Assembly (NCBI GenBank): GCA_965218425.1
Contig: OZ244621.1
Location: forward strand, 2,400,001-2,464,000
From: an uncultured Candidatus Binatia bacterium
GTDB lineage: Bacteria; Desulfobacterota; Binatia; UBA9968; CAXXLF01
Direction: 5' to 3'
DNA length: 64,000 nucleotides
The translations under genes were made by a program, and so were the position numbers. The notes under the pieces are model-generated. The model was not told where the DNA came from. It did not search any database and saw nothing but the letters and a program-made list of their open reading frames with translations. Every line of letters starts with the position of its first letter. Within the stretch, counting starts at the first letter, position 1. Positions 33,406 through 42,109 of the stretch are shown here, piece after piece.

Positions 33406-34293
33406 ATGAACTTTTCCGGATGCATGGTGGCGTTGGTCACCCCCTTCAAAGACAACAAGGTGGATTGGGAAAGTGTCGAAGCGTTGGTGGAATTCCACAT
33501 TGAAAACGGTATCCACGGAATCGTTCCCTGCGGTACCACTGGAGAATCGGCGACCCTCACGCACAAAGAACACAACGAAGTCGTGGAGGCGGTGGTCAAA
33601 TTCGTTAAGAAACGAGTCGGGGTGATAGCCGGTACGGGTTCCAACTCAACCCAGGAGGCCATCGAGTTCACCCGCAGCGCAGAGAAGGCAGGAGCAGATG
33701 GCGCTTTGATGATTTCCCCCTACTACAACCGGCCCACCCAGGAGGGTATTTATCAGCACTATAAAATGGTAGCCTCTGAAGTGCATATTCCCCTTATCAT
33801 TTACAATATCCCCTCCCGAACGGGCTCCAAGATCGAGCCGGAAACCCTGGCACGCCTGGCTGAAGTGAAAAATATTGCGGGGGTGAAAGAGGCCACTGGA
33901 TCCGTCGATCAGGCCATCGAGGTGCTTCGGCTTTGTGGTGATGGGTTGGAAGTCTATTCCGGGGAGGACTCACTCACCTTTTCGCTCATGGCATTGGGAG
34001 GGAAGGGGGTCATTTCCACAGTTGCCAATGTCGCCCCTAGAGAGATGTCTCAGTTGACCCGGGCTTGTTTCGAAGGGGATTGGGAAAAGGGACGGAACAT
34101 TCAATTCCAACTAGTACCCCTGATTCGGAGTCTCTTTATCGAAACAAATCCCATTCCAGTTAAGACCGCGCTGGCTTTGATGGGTCAGTGTCGCGGGGAT
34201 CTGCGTTTGCCCATGACCCCAATGGCGGAGCAAAACGTAAAGAAGTTACAAAAAGCCATGTCTGATTTTGGTCTGATCTCAGGTGGAAGTTAG
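33406..34293 (+). CDS. dapA: 4-hydroxy-tetrahydrodipicolinate synthase
   Basis: GTTGESATL, PYYN, YNIPSRT, VKEA, ETNPIPVK. Confidence 0.98.
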   Translation: MNFSGCMVALVTPFKDNKVDWESVEALVEFHIENGIHGIVPCGTTGESATLTHKEHNEVVEAVVKFVKKRVGVIAGTGSNSTQEAIEFTRSAEKAGADGALMISPYYNRPTQEGIYQHYKMVASEVHIPLIIYNIPSRTGSKIEPETLARLAEVKNIAGVKEATGSVDQAIEVLRLCGDGLEVYSGEDSLTFSLMALGGKGVISTVANVAPREMSQLTRACFEGDWEKGRNIQFQLVPLIRSLFIETNPIPVKTALALMGQCRGDLRLPMTPMAEQNVKKLQKAMSDFGLISGGS

Positions 34294-35102
34294 TGGATTT
34301 AGTAATTTGTGGAATAGCGGGCCGAATGGGAGGGGCAATAGCCCGTGTGGCTCGGCAAACCCGTGGCGTAAAACTGGTGGGGGCTGTGGACCGACCCAGA
34401 AGCGCCAGGTTGGGCAAGGATGTGGGAGAGGTGGTGGGATTAAACCGGTTGGGGGTGCCCGTTAGCGATAAGATCGGGCCACTGTTAAAGGGAAACGTGG
34501 CGATTATTGATTTTACCCGGCCCGCCGCTTCACTGGGTTACCTACGGGACGCTGCGAGGAGTGGAACTCCCATTGTTGTCGGCACCACGGGATTCACGGC
34601 ACGGGAGTGGAATGAAATCAAGAGGCTGAGCCCGCGCACTCGGATGTTGGTAGCCCCCAATATGAGCGTCGGGGTGAATCTGCTGTTGGGACTACTTGGC
34701 AGGGTGGCGAGGTCCCTGGGCGAGGGGTATGACGTAGAGATTATCGAAATGCATCATCGCTTCAAAAAAGACGCCCCTAGCGGAACGGCCCTCGCCCTTG
34801 CGCGTGCCATCGCTGGAGAGTGGCAAAGGGACATAGACAAGGTAGGAGTCTTTGGTCGCAGGGGTATTGTGGGCGAGCGCAAGAAGAAAGAAATGGGTCT
34901 CCTGGCCGTTCGGGCCGGAGATACCGTCGGCGAACACAGCGTGATTTTTGGCGGTTTGGGGGAACGGATCGAGTTCGTTCACCGTGCCCATAGCCGAGAG
35001 ACCTTTGCCCGAGGAGCCCTTCGGGCCGCCCGGTGGCTGGTGCGACAAAAAAATGGACTTTATAGCATGCAGGATGTACTCAGATTGCGGAAATCGGGTT
35101 GA
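34293..35102 (+). CDS. dapB: 4-hydroxy-tetrahydrodipicolinate reductase
   Basis: GIAGRMG, IDFT, GTTG, EMHHRFKKDAPSGTA. Confidence 0.98.
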   Translation: MDLVICGIAGRMGGAIARVARQTRGVKLVGAVDRPRSARLGKDVGEVVGLNRLGVPVSDKIGPLLKGNVAIIDFTRPAASLGYLRDAARSGTPIVVGTTGFTAREWNEIKRLSPRTRMLVAPNMSVGVNLLLGLLGRVARSLGEGYDVEIIEMHHRFKKDAPSGTALALARAIAGEWQRDIDKVGVFGRRGIVGERKKKEMGLLAVRAGDTVGEHSVIFGGLGERIEFVHRAHSRETFARGALRAARWLVRQKNGLYSMQDVLRLRKSG

Positions 35103-35142
35103 CAAAATAAATTTTCTATACTAATGAGTTGGCCTATTCTAA

Positions 35143-35490
35143 GTGGTTTCAAACTCTCCCAATTCAGGTCAGCAGACCCCGGAAGAAGAAGTTGAGAAGT
35201 TAGCTCAGGGTATCGGCCGTCTTATCCGGGAAGTAAACCCCGAACGACGGGAAGGTCTCAAAGAGCTGGCCTATACTCTTATCCGCGAGGAAATGAACCA
35301 GGGCGCAGTGGGGGAGGGGATGACAGAAGGATCGTCTGCAGGTCCTTTTAATCCGTTGGGGGCAGGGGTCCTGATACTGGTCTTGGGTGCGGGTCTATCT
35401 TTTATTTTCGGACCCGTAGGATTGGTTCTCATGCTGGGTGGTTTGATCTTTATCTTGTGGGGAGCGATGATCAGCTGGGTTAAGGGATAG
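35143..35490 (+). CDS. Hypothetical membrane protein (helical N-domain, two C-terminal TMs)
   Basis: Fills the gap before the Rieske gene; hydrophobic C-terminal hairpin. Confidence 0.65.
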   Translation: MVSNSPNSGQQTPEEEVEKLAQGIGRLIREVNPERREGLKELAYTLIREEMNQGAVGEGMTEGSSAGPFNPLGAGVLILVLGAGLSFIFGPVGLVLMLGGLIFILWGAMISWVKG

Positions 35491-35499
35491 GAAGAAACT

Positions 35500-36018
35500 A
35501 TGGCAGCAGCAGACCCAAAAAAGCGTGGCATCTGGAGTCGGCGAGACTTTTTCACGCGGTTTGGATGGGGGGGATTCGGGGCCTTTACCGGGTTGACCTT
35601 GTTTGGCTTTATCCGCTCCGCCTTCCCTCGGATTCTTTTTAAGCCACCGTCGACCTTCAAGGCTGGTGTGCCATCGGATTATACCATTGGCGAGGTAAGC
35701 GAGAAGTTTAAGAAGGATTTCCGTGTTTGGATTGTTCGGGAGGAAACGGGAATCTATGCGATTTTCGCCAAGTGTACCCATCTTGGCTGTACCCCTCGGT
35801 GGCTTGCTGCTGAGAATAAATTCAAGTGCCCATGCCACGGTAGCGGCTTTTTCAAAAGTGGATTGAACTTCGAGGGACCGGCCCCTCGCCCGCTTGATCG
35901 CTTCGAGGTGAAGCTTTCGGATGACGGTCGGCTGGTTGTGGATAAGGGTCGTACGTTGAAGATGGCCCCCGGAGTGGAGCCCGATGAGCAACATCCAGAG
36001 AGTATCTTGAAGGTATAA
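35500..36018 (+). CDS. Rieske 2Fe-2S protein of a Rieske/cytochrome b complex
   Basis: Tat-like SRRDFF plus TM; CTHLGC and CPCHGSGF boxes; GPAPRPL. Confidence 0.95.
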   Translation: MAAADPKKRGIWSRRDFFTRFGWGGFGAFTGLTLFGFIRSAFPRILFKPPSTFKAGVPSDYTIGEVSEKFKKDFRVWIVREETGIYAIFAKCTHLGCTPRWLAAENKFKCPCHGSGFFKSGLNFEGPAPRPLDRFEVKLSDDGRLVVDKGRTLKMAPGVEPDEQHPESILKV

Positions 36019-36025
36019 TTGAGAC

Positions 36026-36796
36026 ATGAAAAAGTTCGATGACCTAAGAAAGGAGATCGTTGAGAGCCAGGTCTGGAGGGCCATTTTCCGCCACGGTTAC
36101 GAGGATTCGCCGAGGAACCGTGTGATGATGGTCACCGGCAACGTATGGCTCCATCTCCATCCAGCCAAGGTTCGCCGGCATTCTGTCAGGATGCGATTTA
36201 CCTGGTGCATGGGAGGCCTCACGTTTTTCATGTTCCTTATCACAGTGGTAACGGGCATCTACCTGATGTTCTATTACCGGCCTGTGGCCGAGTACGCCTA
36301 CGCCGACATGAAGTATCTGGAGTTCGATATGCCTTTCGGCATGCTGATGCGGAACATGCACCGATGGGCGGCCCATGCCATGGTTATTTTCGTGTGGCTC
36401 CATATGTTCCGCGTTTTCCTTACCGGTTCCTACAAGCCGCCTCGCGAGTTCAACTGGATTGTGGGAGTCCTCCTGCTGGTTTTAACGCTCCTGCTGAGCT
36501 TCACAGGTTATCTGTTGCCATGGGATCAGCTTTCTATCTGGGCGGTGACTGTGGGTTCCAATATGGCACGGGCTGCACCGTTGCTCGGTCACGAGGGGCC
36601 TTTTGCAGAGTTGGTGGGAGCCAATCCAGTTTATGACGCCCGAGCGTTTCTGTTCGGGGGTGGAGAAATCGGGCCACATACCTTGCTCCGGTTTTATATC
36701 CTCCACTGCATTTTTATCCCCTTGGTTGCCAGTCTGCTCATGGCGGTTCATTTTTGGCGTATTCGAAGGGATGGTTTTTCTGGGCCACCGCTGTAA
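36026..36796 (+). CDS. Cytochrome b N-terminal subunit (b6-like)
   Basis: WCMGG, RNMHRWAAH...LHMFRV, TGYLLPWDQ, YILH...VHF. Confidence 0.95.
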   Translation: MKKFDDLRKEIVESQVWRAIFRHGYEDSPRNRVMMVTGNVWLHLHPAKVRRHSVRMRFTWCMGGLTFFMFLITVVTGIYLMFYYRPVAEYAYADMKYLEFDMPFGMLMRNMHRWAAHAMVIFVWLHMFRVFLTGSYKPPREFNWIVGVLLLVLTLLLSFTGYLLPWDQLSIWAVTVGSNMARAAPLLGHEGPFAELVGANPVYDARAFLFGGGEIGPHTLLRFYILHCIFIPLVASLLMAVHFWRIRRDGFSGPPL

Positions 36797-36818
36797 CGTG
36801 CTTCCAAGGTAATGGGTC

Positions 36819-37592
36819 ATGGCTGAAGAAACTCAAACTCAGAGACGGACCCCTATCGTTGACGATAAAATTCATACCTGGCCCCATCTGGTGCGGGGAG
36901 AATTTCTTGTCACGCTCATTGTCACTGTAATAATGATCATCTGGTCCGTGGGGATCGATGCACCATTGGAAGAGCCAGCCAATCCCGCCCTGACGCCGAA
37001 CCCTTCCAAGGCCCCCTGGTATTTTCTGGGCTTGCAAGAGATGTTGGTCTATTTCGATCCCTGGCATGCCGGGGTGGTTTTGCCTACCCTCATTATCGTG
37101 GGACTCGTCATGATTCCGTTTATCGATATTAATCCCAGGGGAAACGGTTATTACACCTTCAAAGAGAGAAAATACGAAATCCTGACCTTCTACTTTGGCT
37201 TCCACATCCTCTGGGTTAGCATGATTATCATCGGCACATTTTTTCGCGGCCCGGGCTGGAACCTTTTCTGGCCTTGGGACGCATGGGATCCCCACAAGGT
37301 GGAGGCCTTAACCAACGTAGATCTCCCATACCTGCTTGGTTTAAGGGATTACTGGGTGCAGGCCGGTGTGGGCGCAATCTTAGTAGGAGCATATTTCGTC
37401 GTGGCAACATTGGCCTTCTACCTCTGGGTGCTTGCGGTCAAGGGAAAAGAGTTTATGCGCAGATGGGGGCCCGTGCGATTTACCATTACCGCGGTTTTGG
37501 TTGTCATCATGATGGGTCTTCCCGTTAAAATGTTTCTACGTCTTGCCTTCAACGTGAAGTACATATTAGTGACCCCCTGGTTTAATATCTGA
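36819..37592 (+). CDS. Cytochrome b C-terminal subunit (subunit IV-like, extended)
   Basis: TWPHL, APLEEPANP..TPNPSKAPWYF (PEWY-loop equivalent); several TMs. Confidence 0.88.
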   Translation: MAEETQTQRRTPIVDDKIHTWPHLVRGEFLVTLIVTVIMIIWSVGIDAPLEEPANPALTPNPSKAPWYFLGLQEMLVYFDPWHAGVVLPTLIIVGLVMIPFIDINPRGNGYYTFKERKYEILTFYFGFHILWVSMIIIGTFFRGPGWNLFWPWDAWDPHKVEALTNVDLPYLLGLRDYWVQAGVGAILVGAYFVVATLAFYLWVLAVKGKEFMRRWGPVRFTITAVLVVIMMGLPVKMFLRLAFNVKYILVTPWFNI

Positions 37593-37759
37593 TGTTTTAC
37601 GTGGCAAAGATTCTACAGGCCATTGGATTGGCGGACGTGGGGTATGCCCTATTTGTGGGTGTCACTCAGAATACCTCCATGGCTGAGGAAATCGTTCTGA
37701 CCTTGATCGGGGTGGGGCTCTTCTCCATGGGGAGGACCTTGGAGCGCAGGGCGGCTTGA
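37592..37759 (+). CDS. Small two-TM protein, 55 aa (not in the ORF track)
   Basis: MFYVAKILQAIGLADVGYALFVGVTQNTSMAEEIVLTLIGVGLFSMGRTLERRAA; TGATG overlap with the upstream stop; exactly fills the gap. Confidence 0.8.
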   Translation: MFYVAKILQAIGLADVGYALFVGVTQNTSMAEEIVLTLIGVGLFSMGRTLERRAA

Positions 37760-37768
37760 GGAAGGTAG

Positions 37769-40438
37769 ATGGCTGTCAGGGGTTTTGATCCAAAAGAGGA
37801 AGGCAAGTCATACGGCGCCATTTTTTTCTTCAGCGTGTGCGCCCTCGTAGTGGTTAGCCTGTGGGCGGTGTTTGACGACAACTTCACGCGGCGCCCCTGG
37901 AAAAAGTATCAGGCCGAGTTTAATAACCGGGATTATGACGGGGCCAGAGCAGCTTATGAAGCGGAGGATAAGAAGCTTGCAGGCAACGCCAACTACGTCG
38001 AGCTGGTAAAACAACTAGATGGCGCAAAGGCCAGTTTGAGTGAAGGCAAACTTGGTAACAAGCTCCGGCAACTACGCAGCGAGGAGACAGAGAGGGATGT
38101 CCGTTTCTTCGAGCTGGACCAGGACGTTAAGTTTATTAAGAGCGAGTTGGAAGAGGCCTGGTACGAGTACGATCATGCGGTGCAACTGGGAAAAAACATT
38201 AGGCCCTATCAGGCTCGGATTGAGGAGTTGGACCGGGAACAAGCAAAGTTAGAACCTGGCCTGGGGGAAGCGAGAAAAAAGCGGAAAGAAATCAAAGCAG
38301 AAATCAAAAAACTCCAAGCGGGTATCAAGGAGTTAGAGGACCGTCTCTCCGAGCTCACCGCAGATCGAGATCGATGGCTCCGGGTGATGCAGAATTCCAC
38401 CGTGAGCCTAGGACCCATCACTCTATCTAAAATCCCGAATATTAAGCAGACCATCCTGCCCGAATTCGACCGCAATAACTTTGATGAGCCCACCGCCCGG
38501 GTGGATCGATGTCAGAGCTGCCATAGCGGCATCAATCGGGCCGGCTTTGAAAACGAGCCTAACCCTTATAAGACTCATCCCCAGCGCAAGGTCCTGCTGG
38601 CGGACAATGCCCATCCGCCGGAACAATTTGGCTGCACACCATGTCATGATGGCCAGGGTGCGGCAGTGAACAGCGTGGAGCAGGCCCATTACGGCAAAAG
38701 CTATGGTGTCCTTGGAAAAAGATTTTGGCCACATCCGCTTTTAAAAGGAGAAAGAGTGCAAGCCAGTTGTGCCTCCTGCCACCTGGATGTGCAGAGTCTC
38801 GAAGATGCGCCACTCCTGGCGAAAGGTCAGAGACTCTTCGAGCAAGTGGGATGCACCGGTTGCCATTTGGTGGAGGGCTACGGGAACATACCCAAGATCG
38901 GTCCCAGCCTAAGACGGGTGGCGGGAAAGGTGGATCCCGGCTGGTTGGTGCGCTGGATTCGCAATCCGCATGAATTCAGGCCTCGGAGCCGGATGCCGAA
39001 CTTCGGCTTTGAAGAAGGCCATGCTACGGACATCGCCTCCTATATTTGGTCCGCATCAAAGCAAGAGGGTGAAAAATGGCTGAAGGCGCGTCCTCTTCCA
39101 CAATTCTATCAAGTGGGCAACCCGAACCTCATCAGCCGCGGCAAGGAACTCGTAAATTCCATCGGCTGCAAGGGTTGTCATGGTTTTGCAGAGGGTGAAT
39201 CCTCCACGGTGTTGGGCGCCAACAAAGACATCGCACCCAATCTCAAAGACATTGCCGCCAAGGTGGGTCCACAGTGGACTTATCACTGGTTAAAAAATCC
39301 GCGGGGATATAACCCTGACACGCGTATGCCAAGCCTGCGTCTGTCGGACGAGGAGGCCCAGGCCATCACCGCTTATCTGATGACATTGGGAAGCAAGGGG
39401 CGAACAATCGCCAATATTAAAAATCGCCTAACAGACCCCAAGGGCGTGAAGCGAGGGGAGTCGTTGGTTCGAAAGTACGGGTGCGCCGGTTGCCATGATA
39501 TCCCGGGTATGGAGAAGGAATCTAGAATCGGGGTCGAACTCACCACTTTCGGCTCCAAAGTCCTGGAGGAGCTTTTCTTTGGCAATAGGAAAGACATCCC
39601 TCATACCTGGGATGACTGGACCTACAACAAGCTCAAATCACCCCGAGTATACGCCACTCCAAGGGTAGAGCAGCTCATGCCTCAGTTCAATTTCTCCGAT
39701 GAAGATATCAAAGCATTAAGAATACTGTTAGCTGGATTCCGAGAGAGCAAGGTTCCATCCATCTATAAAGCGGACCATAGTGACAGGGTGGTGAACGTGG
39801 TGGAAGGTCGCAGACTTATGCACCGGTACAACTGCATTGGCTGCCATACCATCGAAAACAAGGGCGGCTTTGTGCGCAAATACTACCCGCAAGACCAGCT
39901 GACTTTGGCGCCTCCTGTGCTCAACGGGGAAGGGGATAAAGTGCAGCCCAACTGGCTTTTTGGCTTCTTGAAGAAACCTGTGTCGCTGCGTCCGTGGCTT
40001 AAGATTCGCATGCCCACCTTTGGGTTGACGAATGAAGAGGCCAATCTGTTGGTGTCGTATTTCACCGGACTGTCCAAAGTAAAGATCCCCTATGTCTATT
40101 TTAATAAAGACAAGATTCCTCCGGGTTACCTCAAAGCAGCCCAAACCATGTTCACCAATGACTACTTCGCTTGTCTGAGTTGCCACCAACAGGGGGATCA
40201 AAAGCCCGAAGGACCCCCCGAGGGTTGGGCCCCTGACCTCACCCTCGCCAAGGACCGTTTGAATCCCCACTGGATTGTGAAATGGCTCCAGGATCCGCAA
40301 AAAGTCGAGCCCGGTACAAAGATGCCCTCCTTCTATCCCGAGGGGCCCGATGATATCCTCGGGGGCAAGGATGACAAACAGATCGAGGCCTTGAGGGACT
40401 ATATCATGGTGTTGGGCAAGACCGGCTCTCCGCAGTGA
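37769..40438 (+). CDS. Membrane-anchored octaheme cytochrome c with coiled coil
   Basis: N-terminal TM; eight CxxCH motifs (CQSCH, CTPCH, CASCH, CTGCH, CKGCH, CAGCH, CIGCH, CLSCH). Confidence 0.93.
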   Translation: MAVRGFDPKEEGKSYGAIFFFSVCALVVVSLWAVFDDNFTRRPWKKYQAEFNNRDYDGARAAYEAEDKKLAGNANYVELVKQLDGAKASLSEGKLGNKLRQLRSEETERDVRFFELDQDVKFIKSELEEAWYEYDHAVQLGKNIRPYQARIEELDREQAKLEPGLGEARKKRKEIKAEIKKLQAGIKELEDRLSELTADRDRWLRVMQNSTVSLGPITLSKIPNIKQTILPEFDRNNFDEPTARVDRCQSCHSGINRAGFENEPNPYKTHPQRKVLLADNAHPPEQFGCTPCHDGQGAAVNSVEQAHYGKSYGVLGKRFWPHPLLKGERVQASCASCHLDVQSLEDAPLLAKGQRLFEQVGCTGCHLVEGYGNIPKIGPSLRRVAGKVDPGWLVRWIRNPHEFRPRSRMPNFGFEEGHATDIASYIWSASKQEGEKWLKARPLPQFYQVGNPNLISRGKELVNSIGCKGCHGFAEGESSTVLGANKDIAPNLKDIAAKVGPQWTYHWLKNPRGYNPDTRMPSLRLSDEEAQAITAYLMTLGSKGRTIANIKNRLTDPKGVKRGESLVRKYGCAGCHDIPGMEKESRIGVELTTFGSKVLEELFFGNRKDIPHTWDDWTYNKLKSPRVYATPRVEQLMPQFNFSDEDIKALRILLAGFRESKVPSIYKADHSDRVVNVVEGRRLMHRYNCIGCHTIENKGGFVRKYYPQDQLTLAPPVLNGEGDKVQPNWLFGFLKKPVSLRPWLKIRMPTFGLTNEEANLLVSYFTGLSKVKIPYVYFNKDKIPPGYLKAAQTMFTNDYFACLSCHQQGDQKPEGPPEGWAPDLTLAKDRLNPHWIVKWLQDPQKVEPGTKMPSFYPEGPDDILGGKDDKQIEALRDYIMVLGKTGSPQ

Positions 40439-40511
40439 TAGAGTCCATTGGAAGGCCTTGATTGATCGGGCGGTGCCATTGAATTTAAGAATAAGTTTCA
40501 AGGAGGCTGGG

Positions 40512-41219
40512 ATGCTAAAAGCATATGTGTTTTTGTTGGCTGCATGGGTTTTATTTCCCGTGGCAACTCTCTTCGCCTACGAAGGTGGAGCGGTAAGCAA
40601 TGGTGGAACGATTTCAGGGGTGGTTAATTTCAAGGGCACGGCCCCTAAACCGAAAAAACTGAAGATTACCAGGGACAAAAAGGTTTGCGACAAGACTCCC
40701 AAATCCGCCAAGTCGCTGATCGTCTCTGGGGGTAAAGTGGTTAATGCCGTGGTGAGCATCACAAATATTACCAAGGGCAAAGAGATGAAGGCCATGAAGG
40801 TGACCCTTGACCAGAACGGGTGTGAGTATAAGCCCCATGTCCTTGCCTTTACCGCAGGATCTACGGTGGAGATTTTGAACCCCGATAAGATCCTCCACAA
40901 CATTCACACCTACAGTAAGATCAATAAACCCTTTAACCGGGCCCAGCCCAAGTTTAAGAAAAAGCTCACCGTAAAGTTAAGTAAGCCTGAGGCTGTTTCG
41001 GTCAAGTGCGACGTTCATGGCTGGATGAGCGGTTGGTTTTTCGTCGCAGCAAATCCTTATTTCAGCGTGACCAAGGATGATGGAGCGTTCAAATTGACCG
41101 ATGTTCCACCCGGCACTTACAACGTGGAGGTCTGGCACGAGACTCTCGGCAAGAAGAGCCAAAAGGTTACAGTTAAAGCCAAACAAGACGCGAAGGTTAA
41201 CTTCGAACTAGCAAAATAA
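40512..41219 (+). CDS. Secreted cupredoxin-like / carboxypeptidase-regulatory-like domain protein
   Basis: RBS aggagg, signal peptide, LHNIH and CDVHGWM, VPPGTYNVEVWHE. Confidence 0.8.
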   Translation: MLKAYVFLLAAWVLFPVATLFAYEGGAVSNGGTISGVVNFKGTAPKPKKLKITRDKKVCDKTPKSAKSLIVSGGKVVNAVVSITNITKGKEMKAMKVTLDQNGCEYKPHVLAFTAGSTVEILNPDKILHNIHTYSKINKPFNRAQPKFKKKLTVKLSKPEAVSVKCDVHGWMSGWFFVAANPYFSVTKDDGAFKLTDVPPGTYNVEVWHETLGKKSQKVTVKAKQDAKVNFELAK

Positions 41220-41232
41220 TCGTTTGCCCGTG

Positions 41233-41274
41233 GCGAGGGTCGTACCTGCGATCCTCGCATTCCTCTCCTTTTTT
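41233..41274 (+). terminator. Putative intrinsic terminator of the cytochrome operon
   Basis: gcgagggtcg-tacctg-cgatcctcgc hairpin followed by a pyrimidine/T tract. Confidence 0.5.
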
Positions 41275-41634
41275 CCTGCCTGACACTTTCCCATGGAGTC
41301 AAAGGTGTTTGTGAACCCCATTAAATACCTCGGAACCCCAATTGTGCCAGCTAACCAAAGTGTCTGTGAGTCTTCTGGGCTCGGACCGAGATAAAACTCA
41401 TGGTACTCCTTTCGCCGGGGATGTCCCCACAATTGAATTTACTCCCATTCATTAGGGTTTCCTTGACAGCCTTTCCTTCTGTGATATTGGTGCATTTGTG
41501 ACAACCAAAAGGTTCATGGTAGCCAATCAATCACCCATTGGTGTCCAGAAGGTTTTAAGTGATGGAAGGTCGAGCGATTATCTCCGATCCATATAGAGGA
41601 TGCAGAAGATAACACACTAGCATTAGGAGGTGCC

Positions 41635-42069
41635 ATGGCAAAGCTACGACACATTGCCCTGCATACCCATAATCCAGAGGCAACAGCGGAATTTTACAGG
41701 CGCGTCTTCGACATGGAGGAGGTAGGCCGGACCGACTCTCCGCTAGCTAAGGGAATTTATTTGAGTGACGGCACTATCAACATGGCCGTGCTGCGGTTCA
41801 AGACGGATGAGGCTGCGGATCGACATGATGGTCTCGGTGTGACCTTCGGCTTGCACCATTTTGGCTTTTGGGTTGACGACATGGAGCAAACCCGTGGGCG
41901 ACTTAATGAGGCGGGAGCGGAGTATCGTCAGACGCGGCCCCATGATGCTGTTACGTCTTTTTTCGAAGAAAAGTATAAGGGGCCGGACGGCGTCATGATT
42001 GATATTACGGGGGAAGGCTGGGCAGGAGCGGAGCCTACAGGGTCAGGTAACATGAAAAAGGGAGTATAA
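41635..42069 (+). CDS. VOC/glyoxalase family protein
   Basis: LRHIAL, FYRRVF, GLHHFGFWVDD, GPDGVMIDI; RBS aggagg. Confidence 0.9.
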   Translation: MAKLRHIALHTHNPEATAEFYRRVFDMEEVGRTDSPLAKGIYLSDGTINMAVLRFKTDEAADRHDGLGVTFGLHHFGFWVDDMEQTRGRLNEAGAEYRQTRPHDAVTSFFEEKYKGPDGVMIDITGEGWAGAEPTGSGNMKKGV

Positions 42070-42109
42070 GCTACTAGAGGCATGGATCCAGCGCAGGAGG
42101 GATGAGCTT

